A DNA stretch of 32,644 bases. Origin: Octopus bimaculoides. Lineage: Eukaryota. Both the position numbers and the translations under genes were made by a program. This document shows, one piece after another, positions 12,066-25,044 of this stretch. The notes below the pieces were generated by a model. It was not told the DNA's origin and did not search any database. It worked only from the letters and a program-made list of their open reading frames with translations. Location of the stretch: contig NC_068982.1 in assembly GCF_001194135.2 (NCBI RefSeq), positions 6,967,499 to 7,000,142 on the forward strand. The letters run 5' to 3'. Within the stretch, counting starts at the first letter, position 1, and the number at the start of each line of letters is the position of its first letter.

Positions 12066-13472
12066 TAATGTCATTAATTAGAATACAGTTTACATACAAA
12101 TAATTTACGAATTCAATTAATTTTTAAGAAGGCGCGAATAATTTGTCTATTCAATTTACTTTAGCCCTTAAATGTGGTAACCAACAACCATCAAGATACC
12201 AAAATAGGGCTGAATCTTGTTTGGTGGTTCCCCCTTCTAGAATCAACGAAGAAAATGTGTATGCCGAGACGATCTTCCTCTCTGTCTATAAATAAAGGGC
12301 TGGCTAAGAATCTGTAGCTATGTTTAAACTATACCCTTGAAAGAAAGCAATATTCATGCACTGGTGATATATTAATCAAACTATTTACCAAAATCCCGCT
12401 TTGTATACAACCTCTTCCAACTCGTTAACTTCAGTTCTTGTTAATTAATGGATTTATTAACAATATCCCCGAGCACAATTATATATGTTACCCAGCCGTT
12501 CGTGAAATCTGAGTGCATGATGGAAGCTAGTCCAGCGGATTCTTGTTGATCTGCCCAGGAAAATATTCTGTGCACAGATTACTTTTATTTCCCTATAGGT
12601 ATAATTTTGGCGAAAAGAAAACAAAATCACAAATAAATTCTGTACTAGAGGTGAACAGTTAAATATTCAATATTACTTTCAGTATATTAATACGTGATCC
12701 TAGTAGTACGACTGGTTTCTTTAAATGGATTGAAATATACTTTCCTCAAATGGGAAGCAACGCTGCGCATCCAGCCGCTTCTTATATTGGGTGTAGTGAG
12801 ACGATTTCAGAAGAACCAATCTGTCTTTGCAAGCTCTGCACTAATGGAGCAGATTTAAGATAAAAAAATCTTCCAGTTATGACCATTATATCCTTGGTTC
12901 ACACGCTATATTTAGCTGCATCATCCAAAGTATCCATCGCCTCCAAAACGTTTAGTAGAGGGTGAAGTCAGTGTTATTTGGCTGCTATACTCTACAGGTA
13001 AAATAACTACTAGTAGTTATATATGCACCTATATATACAGGTATACGTAGGTATGCACATACCTGTACGTATATATGCATATACTCATTTATTATTTGTT
13101 TTACATGATCGAACGCCTGCGTCATTCCCTGTAAGTAGTTTTTGAACTATATATATATATAGTGAGAATTTACAAAAAAAGAAAAGACGGAGACGGGTGT
13201 ATAAACTACAAGTAGATGTATAAATTTAACGCTATATAGATATGAATGGAAGCACTGTTTGTGGACGGAGGTAGCTGTAAGACATTGCATTGGGTCGTAG
13301 AGCGCAGTTTGATATGAACAAAATTATTCCTAGTAAAACAGCCTACACATAGTTTGTGAATATGTGTAATGCTCGGTCAAACCAACATTAAGCAGCACTT
13401 AAAAAAATATTTTCATATAATTCATATTTAATACGTTCGAGTGTATGCGACATTATGTATATATATCTTTAT

Positions 13473-13481
13473 ATGTGTGTG

Positions 13482-13512
<31 letters not shown>

Positions 13513-13515
13513 GTG
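13473..13515. repeat. (TG)n microsatellite
   Basis: Read directly. Confidence 0.9.
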
Positions 13516-14421
13516 TGCTTATAGATGTATATGACTGTGTATTCATGTGTGAAAAACAAGACGAAAGCTTCGAAAACGTGTTAAATTTTTATCCATTTGA
13601 ATAAAATGTTTTATTTTTTAACACAGGAATTAAATATTTCTATCATATGTCTTTATATGTGCGAATAATAAAACAAGAAAAGTTTTCTGATAACAAATGT
13701 TTTTATATAACAGTTTTACAGTAAAAATATTTGTGTGTTTTCACAAGGTGAGTATGGCTAACACACAAAACAAATTAAGAGAATCTTATACTATTGAAAA
13801 CTTTACTTAGAGAAATGCATAAACGTTTTCATGCAGAAAAGTTTTCGTGAATAAATTTCATTGCATGCGGTAGCCCAAAAATGTTTTGCAGTAAAAAACT
13901 AGCATATTTCATTGACCGATTTTCGCTGTCGTTCAGCTAATACATGTTTGAAGTATGCTGCTTAAATACATTTTCTGATCATGTGGTGAGATTAATTCAA
14001 GGAGCTATACCGCTTGTGTCATTTCCAAGACAAGAAATTCAACTTTTAAATTGTGTACCTCAGGCGATTTATGTTCGTTCAGATATTTTTCTTCTGTCGC
14101 ATAATTTTCAAAGTTGTATACTTTGTATACATCTCACTATCCCATGTTAAAATGAACGATAACGGCATCTCAGAAACATTTAAGTAAATTCCTCTAATCA
14201 TAAATTCTCCATTAAGAATGACCCGAAAAAGAAATAAATCATTAAACTAAAGAGATCGTTATGATATTGAAATTTATTATCAAATTTAGGTATATCTTTT
14301 AGATTCTCTAATGATATTTAAAATTTTGAACAATGAAAAATATTCTGTTAGAAAAAGATCATCAAATCACATGATTGTATCTTATATGTTAGCTTATGCA
14401 TAATGTTTATTAATTGATATC

Positions 14422-14628
14422 ATTTCTACTCAAGGCAAAAGACCTGAAATTTTAGGGTAGGGGACAAGTCGATTATATTGACCCCAGTATTTGACTGCTA
14501 CTTATTTCATCAACCCCGAAGTATGGAAGGCAAAATCGAAATCGGAGGAATTTGAACCCAGAATCTAAAGATGAACGAAATGTTGCTAAGCATTTTCCCC
14601 GGAGTGTTTACGATTCTGCCAGCTGGCT
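14422..14628 (-). mobile_element. tRNA-derived SINE, family 2 (diverged)
   Basis: The reverse complement reads CAGCTGGCAGAATCGTAAACAC, GGGTTCAAATTCC, GGGGTTGATGAAATAAGTAGCAGTC and GAGTAGAAA, homologous to 1851-2070. Confidence 0.85.
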
Positions 14629-14679
14629 GTATTTGTGTAATATATATATATACATAAGTATACATATAGAACGCAGTAA

Positions 14680-15370
14680 TTAAAAATGGGGCAAAAAAAA
14701 GATTTCGCATCTGATAGGGAGTAGCTGAAATATTTGCAAACTCCATGGTCCGATAGCATTCAGGGTTATCGTGTGCTAAACCGAGTTTCATTGCAGCCTC
14801 TTTGTAACTATGGCAGACTACACCATTAATAATCCTCATATCTTCAAATGATGTAGCTCCGGGAATATGATATAGTAAAGCTCGCAGATAGAATCGCTTT
14901 TATTCCTTTGGTGAAACAAATTTGATATGCCCAATTGAGTGTGTATTATATCTTCTGAGATGCCACATTTTCTCACTATTATTCCATGTGTAAAATTCAG
15001 GAAAATCAGTATAGTGTAATGTACGTGCAACTGAGTTAGCTGAAACGAATCGGTTGTGTTTGTGGATTTGGAAGTTGTCCATAAACAAATTTATCTGAAT
15101 GTTCTGGATCTTTTTTAATGTGAACAATATATGGCGATGGAATAGTCTACGCTTTTGAAACTCTATAGTCCACATGTACTTTGGAACCTCTTCCAAAACA
15201 TTCTTCTCCAAAATATCATGCAAGAGATCATTACGTTTCATATTAAATACTCTTTCAATTAAATCTGGTCTGTCCTGGATAAAGTTTGTCTGTGATACCG
15301 GTCGAGCAACGAAAATTCTGACACAAATGAAAATTAAATTACGGAGATGTGCTTGCTTAGCAAGGGATTT
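14680..15370 (-). mobile_element. Helitron RepHel relic (Rep motifs plus linker), internally deleted, helicase absent
   Basis: QDRPDLIERVFNMK (about 15260-15277) and HUH motif WTIEFQKRRLFHRHILF (about 15124-15168). Then YTDFPEFYTWN...IGHIKFVSPKE*KRFYLRALLYHIPGATSFEDMRIINGVVCHSYKEAAMKLGL...PYQMRNLF. Track ORFs 14900..15430 and 14510..14839 are one frame split by a single TAA at 14900-14902. Confidence 0.92.
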
Positions 15371-15393
15371 GATCTGAGATCGTGTGCTGAAAC

Positions 15394-15660
15394 AAAAACA
15401 ATTGCAGCGTGGAAAATGATTGAAAGCCATTTAAGAATACACAAAAAACTGTTAGATTCACTTCAATATTTTGTCAGTGAATAGATCGCGGTTTCAGAGC
15501 GACAAAAGTATTTTGACACAAATTAAATTTAAATGTTGAAGTGAATCTACAAACATCTTCCACGCTGCAATTGTTTTTGAAAATTAAATGTTGAAGTGAA
15601 TCTGCCGATAGTTTTGTTTTCCTTGAATGGCTAACAAATATCTTCGAAGCTGCAATTGCT
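15394..15660. repeat. Three-copy repeat module (one inverted, two direct)
   Basis: 15394-15414 is a perfect 21-bp inverted repeat of 15558-15578. The unit AAATGTTGAAGTGAATCT...GCTGCAATTG occurs at about 15531-15573 and 15586-15658, and inverted at about 15400-15470. Confidence 0.8.
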
Positions 15661-17594
15661 ATATATATATATATATATATACAGATATGATGTAAAGAAA
15701 CCACAAAAATCCTTGTGAAAAATAGCAACCCAGGGTTTGGTGGATGAAATACATATCACATCAACTTATGTATATCGAAAAATTACGTTAGTATTAGATG
15801 GATGTGACTTAATTTCACCTAAGATGTATTTTTTTAAATGCGTATAGCAAGAAAAGACTTCACTCCTAGTAGTTAAACATTCATTCGAGGACCTTAAGTA
15901 TTTCAAAAAGTGTTGAGAGCGTGATTTGGCTAGTATTTCTAGCATGTTGAACGAACATATATTGGTGATGCATCAGTCTAAAATATCAAAATTTAAAGCA
16001 GAGACCGAGAAGATGAAATTCTACAAAGCAGTTATTAACAGAACGTTCATTTAATATTTCAAAACAATGATGAATTAATAAGATATATCAACTGAAAAAA
16101 TAATACACAACTAAGCATAAGCTTTAATAAAAACAATTCAAGGAGCGATAAAAACAAAATATCATTAGTAATAATGAAACGGAGAGTAAACGCTACGCAA
16201 TACATATTGGTAGATGTCTTATATCACAAAAGCAAATCAAATTGTCTGAATAGATCGCAAGACTGATCCGCGAAGTAGAAATTTCAGATAGCATTGACGG
16301 CAATTTTTGTCTTCGAGCATGCGCATAAACATATACTCCGGTCTGGAAAACGCTATGCCCGGTTAATGTGTATCACTTAGAATGCATAACAGGACATACA
16401 GACAAGCACCTTGTCTGTTAAGTATATTACTAATGATCCTATAACGTCGTTCATCGCAGCTATCAAGTGTTCTAATTAATGTCTCACTGTTTTTACTTCA
16501 TGGTGAGAATAGCAAGGAAATTTCAATAAATGGCTGCAAAGCACCGGCAGTTTGATTTCTTTTCCTTGTTTAATTTTTTTACCAATTTATTTTGCTGATG
16601 GAACTTCACGCAGATTCCACCTGCCACACATCATTATATTCTAACTATTCTAAGTATGTGCTTGAAGACACTAGCGTAGATATTACCTGGTTGCGAAATG
16701 AATGTCTGAATGATACAAAGATGCCTTATTTTCTTATTTCTAGGTTTCTAAAATATTATTCTGTAGTACATAAAAAATTCAAATCTTATTTTAAATATTC
16801 TTGTTTGCAGATGATGCCTATTGCTACACAAAATCATCAATTTCATTTGTAACTTGAGAGCTGCTGACTAAAGTCAAAATCAGTCATATTTCATAATTTA
16901 TATATTTGAGCTGAAAATATTTGCGGGATATCGTTTGTCTTATTTTATGCGACAGTCTCTTGAGCATATGATAACAAATGACATAACGGAATATCGTTTT
17001 CAGTCGATGAAAGTTTTTGTTTTGTGTAGTAGCAAGTAATATAGAAAACAAAATGCAAAAATGGTTAAAGATTTTGCGTTGAAAGGTATCTATCTTAATA
17101 ATACACTTAATTCTGCATGGTTAAGACAACTTAATACTTAAATCATTAATGTTCATTGTGTTTGAAGCATGTTTTATATGCAAAACTTTTAGTTTCCCTA
17201 CACCGCCGATTGAATTTAAGTGTTAGCTTTTATGACCAAATACGTTTTGAATTATTGCTCAACAATTTAACATCTAATTGTGTATATTAATTCTTTGTAT
17301 ATGTTTACAAGAGCAATTTATTCAGTTAATATATTTCAAAAAATATATCCAATTTTCTGCTAAAAGTGCACACTTTCAAAGCTTACAGCTGTCAATATTA
17401 ATACAAATATTTTCGGAATAATTCACATAATAAAAAACGTACAACTTTCAGATTTTGTAGTTTGTAATTTACGGTTTAGTTTCAATATGCTTTTTTTTTA
17501 ATATTTCATTAGGTAACATTTCCTTCAGGCTAACACAGCTTCATTATTTCGAAAATTTTTAAAACAAGATATAACGTAAACTTCAGCCACATAG

Positions 17595-17792
17595 AGTGAT
17601 GGATTAAAAGAATCATAGGAGAGTCAAAAAGTAATGCCCTGTGGTATTTTTGTAGTCTTTATGTGCTCTCAGTTCAAGCCCTGTCGAAGGCCACTTCGGT
17701 TAAATTCAGTATCGATCAAATACTAGAATCGATTTAATCGAGTAACATCGTCACTCAAAATTGCCGGCCTTGTCCCTAAATTAGAAATCATA
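17595..17792 (+). mobile_element. Old, highly diverged family-2 SINE copy
   Basis: Colinear blocks AATGCCCTGTGGTATTT, CAGTTCAAGCCC (B-box remnant), AATCGATTTAATCGA and CAAAATTGCCGGCCTTGTCCCTAAATTAGAAA correspond to the family-2 copies. Confidence 0.6.
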
Positions 17793-17964
17793 ATAAATTC
17801 CTATTTGCACAGACATTACTGAATTAGCCGGAAGAACACAAATCACTTATATGTAAATAGGCGTGAAAAATTGAACATTGAACACAAGATATTAGTGAAA
17901 CAGAAATTCTGTACACGAATTTTTAAAGTTAAATAGTATTAGTACACATCCAAACATGCATGCA

Positions 17965-18034
17965 CACAAGCACATACACACACATACGAACACAAGCAAA
18001 CACAAACTCACACACACATACGCACTTGCACACA

Positions 18035-18066
<32 letters not shown>

Positions 18067-18070
18067 TATA
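17965..18070. repeat. Imperfect (CA)n microsatellite
   Basis: Read directly. Confidence 0.9.
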
Positions 18071-20453
18071 ACTTGCATACAAATGTCAACAAAGATATAA
18101 AAATTGTTATAGAGAATTCTGACGAACAGAAAAAATGGGACACATATGTGAAAATTATTATATGCTGAAAGGGAAGTGAATTTTGCAGGATTCTTTGCAG
18201 TAAGGAGAAGTTCGAATAATAAAGAAATGAAATATGCAATTAAAATGGTGCAAGTCGGATTTATTAATGGATTTGCTTAACTGCTTAAATTTTAAATAAA
18301 TTTAATTACATTTAGATTGAAGGGTGGGGGAGCATTCAATATCCCAGAAAGTGTATTGGGGTGTGGCAGATTTCCTTTCGGTATTAATACGGCTTCTGTC
18401 GTATTTTAATATACCCGATAGCTATTTGCGAAATCATTACCTGAATAGTGACTGAAATTCCATAGATTTGGCTGCTATGAGTCTACTGGACGCCTGTCGT
18501 TGAAAAGTCGGGGCACGTGGAAATAACGTGATCTTACAGTTCTGGTCCCCGTAGCGGATGATATATACACACACGATCAACATCCTCGTAGCAGACGTGC
18601 ACTGCGTTTACTAAACACCACTCCCTGCTGTTTACAATGTACCTTGTTGTCGGTATGTGTTAAATTTTGTGTTGTTGATATGTGTATATTTGTACAATTA
18701 TTAATGTATAAACACCTAACCTAGAGAACCAGATCGGCAAATATTTGGAACAATTAATCTCAGGCCTAGGATAGAATAATCTTCTGGATCAGCTCTGCTA
18801 CATACTTCACGTAGCAAACTGCTATTTGTATGAAAGCTGTTTAAGTCATCATTAACGTCAAAAGTCTGCGTCAATAATTTTATACAGATAATAATTCTAT
18901 AATTTAATATTATAGTATGTCCCTATTTAGAAAGATGTATGTATCAACATGGAAAAAATGTGTAAAATGAATTGCAGAAATCAAGAATAAAAATTGAATA
19001 TGCTATAATTGACAGTAGTAGCACTAGATTGTTTTTCTTAAGAAGTACCTTCTAAATCAATATGTCCGTTGAACTATAAAGAAAGAAAGAAATATTCCGT
19101 TGATGAAACATTACAACAATTATCGAATTTTCTCGTCGTACAGTTCAATTTATTTGTAGTAGTGGTTCGAAGGAATAACACTTTTACTGCCAAGATCTGT
19201 CGTGTGTAAAATAAAGTGTAATAGACATCTGAATCATGACTCAATCGAAACTATTTACAACTTGGAGAACTGAATCAGCTACAATTACTTACAGTTAGGA
19301 ACGTGTCCAAAAATTAAATGCTGAACGTAGAAACACAGAAACGCAAAACCTCGTTTCGGTGATATTAAAGTGTTAGGAAACGTTCTAATCAATTGTAAAC
19401 ATTATAAAAATGTTTTTCATTATAATTATCTTTACTCATGGCAATAGCCATTTTACATCACATTGTCGTTTACACTTTCACAGGTTTCATTCAGTCAGTT
19501 GTGGCATTGCTGGTACATTGCCACGAAACACTCATTTTATATCGCATAGAAACAGAAGTGAAAATGGAATTCGCATACAGAACTTTCTTTTAGACGCATA
19601 TTCATTCTATCGAGTTTTGTTTTCTTAGTTAATAAGATTCTTTGTTAGCATCATGAAATGCTCCAGCATCTTTTTAAAATTCGTGCGCCAATTACGGGAT
19701 TTTAAATTGATTGCTACTTAACGATATTGCTATGGCCAATGTATACTTCAATTTACAAGTTAAAGTTTTAATTATAATTCTATTGACAAAACACTAAATA
19801 ATTTTTTTTAAATACACACCTCTTGTAAATCTACTTTGGTAATTACCAATAATATATTTGTGTCTATTGAATTAATTGACATAAGTAACTCAATTTCAAG
19901 AAGTAACAAAGTATCCAGTGTGTCACTTCTAGAAATAAACAATATATCTCTTCTCAATTTAGTTTTAATCAAAATGCTAAAATGCTACCTTCACTTTAGC
20001 GTAGTTTTAAACACACTCGCTGGATTTATGTAATTTTGTCTGCTTTTATATCATCGATTTTGTACACTCTTGCATCTTTGGTTTACAAATCTACGACACG
20101 TTCATCTCTGGTTCGCCGGATTGAAGAGTGTAAGAGTTACAAGAATGTATCTGTACAACTACGACTGAGTGTATGTTCCAGTTTACTTTTGTTCAAGCAC
20201 ATTTATTCATCAAGTGTCTTCGGTAATGCGTATAGTTTACACCAAACATATACACTTTTAAAGTGAGTTAAACATATCAAAATATCGGAGAGATCTGTAT
20301 AAACACGGAATGTCTTTAGTTTAAATAATAAAATATACATTTTATATACTATCAAATATACATTTTTGGTAAATGTTTGCAGATTATTTGTGAACATTGA
20401 TTCACTTCACCGTGCAAACAATTGCCAGCTTCACCGATTTTCAGTTTTGCTCT

Positions 20454-20490
20454 CATAATCATAATCATAATCATAATCATAATCATAATC
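20454..20490. repeat. (CATAAT)6 hexanucleotide microsatellite
   Basis: Read directly. Confidence 0.95.
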
Positions 20491-20916
20491 AATTACAAAA
20501 GAAATAGAACAACGTTAAAATTCTCAGTTTAGCCACTGACAGTTCTGCGTTTCCTTGCAACAGTTCTGGAAATTTCGACATACCGAAATGTAGTTTTTTC
20601 TTAAAAAAAAAAAAACAATTACGAATGCATTATTTTTAATGAATTTCATATATCTCTAGTACTTTATTAAATTTATTTATGTAGTTTCCAACCGGAAGTT
20701 TTTTTTTTATTAAAATATTTTTCCCCAGGTGACTTCACTAAAAAAAAACACATCCTTCTGAGAATACTAAAATATTTTATCGGAAACGTTATGTGAAAAT
20801 AATATCTGAATCGATGAATTTCAATAAATACTTTTAAATTGAAAAGGAAATTGGAGATATTTTCTGAAAAAGTCAACGTCCAGAACAAGTTTTGTTGCTT
20901 TCAGTTTATTTTATAA

Positions 20917-20952
20917 TTAACTATGTAGATATTGCAATATCTACATAGTTAA
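20917..20952. repeat. Perfect 36-bp palindrome
   Basis: TTAACTATGTAGATATTG|CAATATCTACATAGTTAA; all 18 pairs checked. Confidence 0.95.
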
Positions 20953-21261
20953 AATGGAAGACCGGAATCGTAAATCCATTTAGTACGATTGGAATTAAGT
21001 TTCCATATAAAAGAGAAACTTCACTTTTCTTATGTTGATTTAAAATCTACCTAACATATGCATATTATTCGTTGAAAAAGTTGTGTTCATTTTGGAAGCA
21101 TAGTAGGTATGATTTCTGTCTATAAAGCAATTCTTCAGGCATATTCTATTCATCTTAAACGCGAACACGTGCGCGCGCTCAGAAACACATACTCACATAT
21201 ATACGTATATATAATATATAATATGATATACTCATATGCATACACATATATTTTATATACA

Positions 21262-21274
21262 CACACACTTACGC

Positions 21275-21328
<54 letters not shown>

Positions 21329-21350
21329 ACATATATATATATATATATAT
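21262..21350. repeat. (CA)n-(TA)n compound microsatellite
   Basis: Read directly. Confidence 0.9.
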
Positions 21351-23934
21351 GTCTCAAACGTCATAATTTTGTAATATAGGAATTTAACAGGAACAGTTAC
21401 ATGATCTAGCAATTTCAGTTATGTCTTTGGGCTAAGCGATTTATTGACGTAAGCTTCAGAACACATTTATTGCAAATCACTCACCACCACTCCAGATCAA
21501 CTGATGTTGAGTTGTCCAAAAAACTGCGTTTCTACCTGGTTTAAATATCGAATGATACACAACGTGATGGAAATTTGAGACTGGAAACCTGCATACTTTT
21601 ATTAACAGAATTGAAAGAAATATATATTCTGATGAAAAGACATTTTAGATTTTCTATATTGTGACACAAATTTATGCGTTTGATTTGCAACCAAGTTTAC
21701 AGAACTTGGTTATTTTACAATTTTATATGCTGAATATATTTTAGGATCAGAGACAAATGAGTTCTTATATAAAACGTATTGATTAAGAAATATCAAGATT
21801 AAATAGTTTTAGTGAATAATATTGGACCGAATGGAAGGTTTTCCGAATAAATAACACATTTGTTTACGCAACATTTATAAACATCTGTTCAATATTTCCT
21901 TGTTTATCGTCAAGTAATAATAGTTTTTATAATAAAGTAGTTTGATCCTCTTTCTTGAAATGCCATTAACATTACTAACACTATTATGTTATAGTTTTCT
22001 TCCAATGTTTCTTGTTCCAAATTCAGACGATGAGATCCTTTTCACTCTTTCTGTATTTTTCTAGAAACTTTGTACATAAATAGCACTTAAGTCCTGGAAT
22101 ACAAAAAAACGTATGATTTGAGTGATACATCTCTAGCAACGCAAACAATCTGTTCTTCATATGCACTGAAAGTAACTTTTATACTCTTTGCTCATAAAAA
22201 AAATCGATAACAGTAATCGTAAGGTCGAATGTTTACGCCTAATTTAAACTCCAAATATTTTACTTTAACTGCATAGTTTATTCAGCGAAACAAATAGTTG
22301 TAAAAGCGGGGAAAGGTGCGGAAGAAAAGTAAAAGCGTTTGTGCAGCAATTACATCGGATGTTTAAAAATTCGACGAAATTTACTTACCATGACGGAAAA
22401 GGACGGTCTATATTAGCAAAAACAAATTTACAAGAAACCCAGTTCAAGATTTTTATTTTACAAAAGTTCACCAGACGAATTAAGTACGATGACTAAGCAA
22501 CAAGTTTAATGAGAGAACGAAATACGAAGCATTTTTAGATAAACAATTTATAAAGAAAAGGAAAGTAATAAAATGCAATAGGAATTCATACCGTAAGTCC
22601 TTGTTGTATATGTAAGTACGAATAGTGTGCATAGATTGTGTACATATACACATAGGCATGTGAAAATGTATGTATACATATGTCTTTGTGCATATACATA
22701 CACAAACACATGTAAACACACACACACACACACACACATTCAGATATACATATATATATATTGATGGATGTATATAACAAAAGTAACACGGTTAAGATTA
22801 TGAAGCAAAGAAGAGAAACACAAATTAATAATAGACGGAGTCAGTCAAGCGAAAGCAAGTGCCTACAAAAGCGTGGAGATATAACGTGAAAACACAACAA
22901 AGAGGTTTACAATGGAGATAAATATGAGAAAAGGAGAACAGGATGGGATCTAAAGTTTCGAATGATGCTCTTTATCAATGAGAAGAAAAAGGATTAAGAG
23001 AATAAGAGAAAAGATGAACACTACCGAATATAAGACATCTCTTTACATTGCAGGTCACAAACATCAGTTTCCAAGCTAACACGAATACGCAAATTAGCAG
23101 CACTGAAAAGCGTTTTGCATATGGTAATGAGCTGTTTTTATGTTAGAAAAACAAAAACGATGCTATGAATTAGATGAACTCTGACGTGAAGTAGTACAGC
23201 GCATGTGATGTTCGGGCATATGACACGAATNNNNNNNNNNNNNNNNNNNNNNNNNNNNNNNNNNNNNNNNNNNNNNNNNNNNNNNNNNNNNNNNNNNNNN
23301 NNNNNNNNNNNNNNNNNNNNNNNNNNNNNNNNNNNNNNNNNNNNNNNNNNNNNNNNNNNNNNNNNNNNNNNNNNNNNNNNNNNNNNNNNNNNNNNNNNNN
23401 NNNNNNNNNNNNNNNNNNNNNNNNNNNNNNNNNNNNNNNNNNNNNNNNNNNNNNNNNNNNNNNNNNNNNNNNNNNNNNNNNNNNNNNNNNNNNNNNNNNN
23501 NNNNNNNNNNNNNNNNNNNNNNNNNNNNNNNNNNNNNNNNNNNNNNNNNNNNNNNNNNNNNNNNNNNNNNNNNNNNNNNNNNNNNNNNNNNNNNNNNNNN
23601 NNNNNNNNNNNNNNNNNNNNNNNNNNNNNNNNNNNNNNNNNNNNNNNNNNNNNNNNNNNNNNNNNNNNNNNNNNNNNNNNNNNNNNNNNNNNNNNNNNNN
23701 NNNNNNNNNNNNNNNNNNNNNNNNNNNNNNNNNNNNNNNNNNNNNNNNNNNNNNNNNNNNNNNNNNNNNNNNNNNNNNNNNNNNNNNNNNNNNNNNNNNN
23801 NNNNNNNNNNNNNNNNNNNNNNNNNNNNNNNNNNNNNNNNNNNNNNNNNNNNNNNNNNNNNNNNNNNNNNNNNNNNNNNNNNNNNNNNNNNNNNNNNNNN
23901 NNNNNNNNNNNNNNNNNNNNNNNNNNNNNNNNNN

Positions 23935-23979
<45 letters not shown>

Positions 23980-24774
23980 TTTGTGTGTATAAGAAATTTG
24001 ATTTCATTCTGTTATAGCCTCGCCTCTTGTATTGACAATTTTCTTCTATTGTTGCATAATTACCTATTTTATATAAACATTATATTTCCGAAAGCGAACT
24101 CACAAACACAATGAATCAAGTAAATTGATTTTGTCACTCCGACAACCTCAACATCAGCAGAAAGATATCCAATATATGGCAATTTCAGGATTCTATTTGT
24201 AAAACTGTCTATGTTGCGTCTGAAATATTTTCTCACATTATAAATCTGCTAAGTCTAGCAAATACTGTTTCGGAATAGAAAAATTGTAATTGAATGCTAT
24301 ATAATTTATATCATCCGATAAACTTTAAAAGGCTTCCACATATACATATGTGCGCGTGCATGTGTGTGCGTATGTGTATCTGCGTATGTTTGTATATTAG
24401 TGTGCATGTTAGAAACAAGAGTCAAAATCCTCAAATAAGAAACGAAACTCACTGAAAAGATCATAACAGACCAGCAGAAATCGGGCAAACGAACAAAGAA
24501 AAATTTAACACATTAACTTGGCTGAAAACTGTAGAATTAGATAACAGATGTACCTGTATCAGGATTTTGAATTCCGGATTATTCCTCAATTCTCCTCAGC
24601 AGGTCTTACTACATACCCAGTGTCAAAATCTTACTCGTGTCACTGTGTCCGTTAAGTGTTGAACAGGCTTGCACCAAATTCAAAACAATTTAAGTGCATA
24701 ATTTACGATAATTTGCTGCCATTAATATTATTGTTATTATTAATTATTCATATAGTTACTGCTAATGATAATAG

Positions 24775-24955
24775 TCCTTTTTATTATAGGCACAAGGCCT
24801 GACATTTGGTGGAGGGGTTAAGTCGATTATATCGACACCAATACTCAACTGGTACTTAATTTATCAAACCCGAAAAAATGAGGGGCAAAGTCGACCTTGC
24901 CGGAATTTGAACGTAACGACGGGCGAAATACTGCTAAGCATTTTGCCCAGTATGC
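24775..24955 (-). mobile_element. tRNA-derived SINE, family 2 (5'-eroded)
   Basis: The reverse complement reads GGGCAAAATGCTTAGCAGTATTTCGCCCGTC, GTTCAAATTCCGGC, GATAAATTAAGTACCAGTTGAGTATTGG and GGCCTTGTGCCTATAATAAAA. Confidence 0.88.
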
Positions 24956-25044
24956 CGGAGTGGGTTTCCGAAACTTAAAGTTTTATCATGGCTACCGAGT
25001 AATTGTCACATATTATTTACAGATATATAGACATATATATAAGG

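Noticed and set aside
12690-12870. Cys-containing open frames on both strands
   Set aside because: Under 60 codons, no consistent zinc-finger spacing and no recognisable homology.
13160-13240. Segment recalled as the terminus of an octopus Penelope-related repeat
   Set aside because: Based on memory only; there is no second copy or diagnostic motif in the window.
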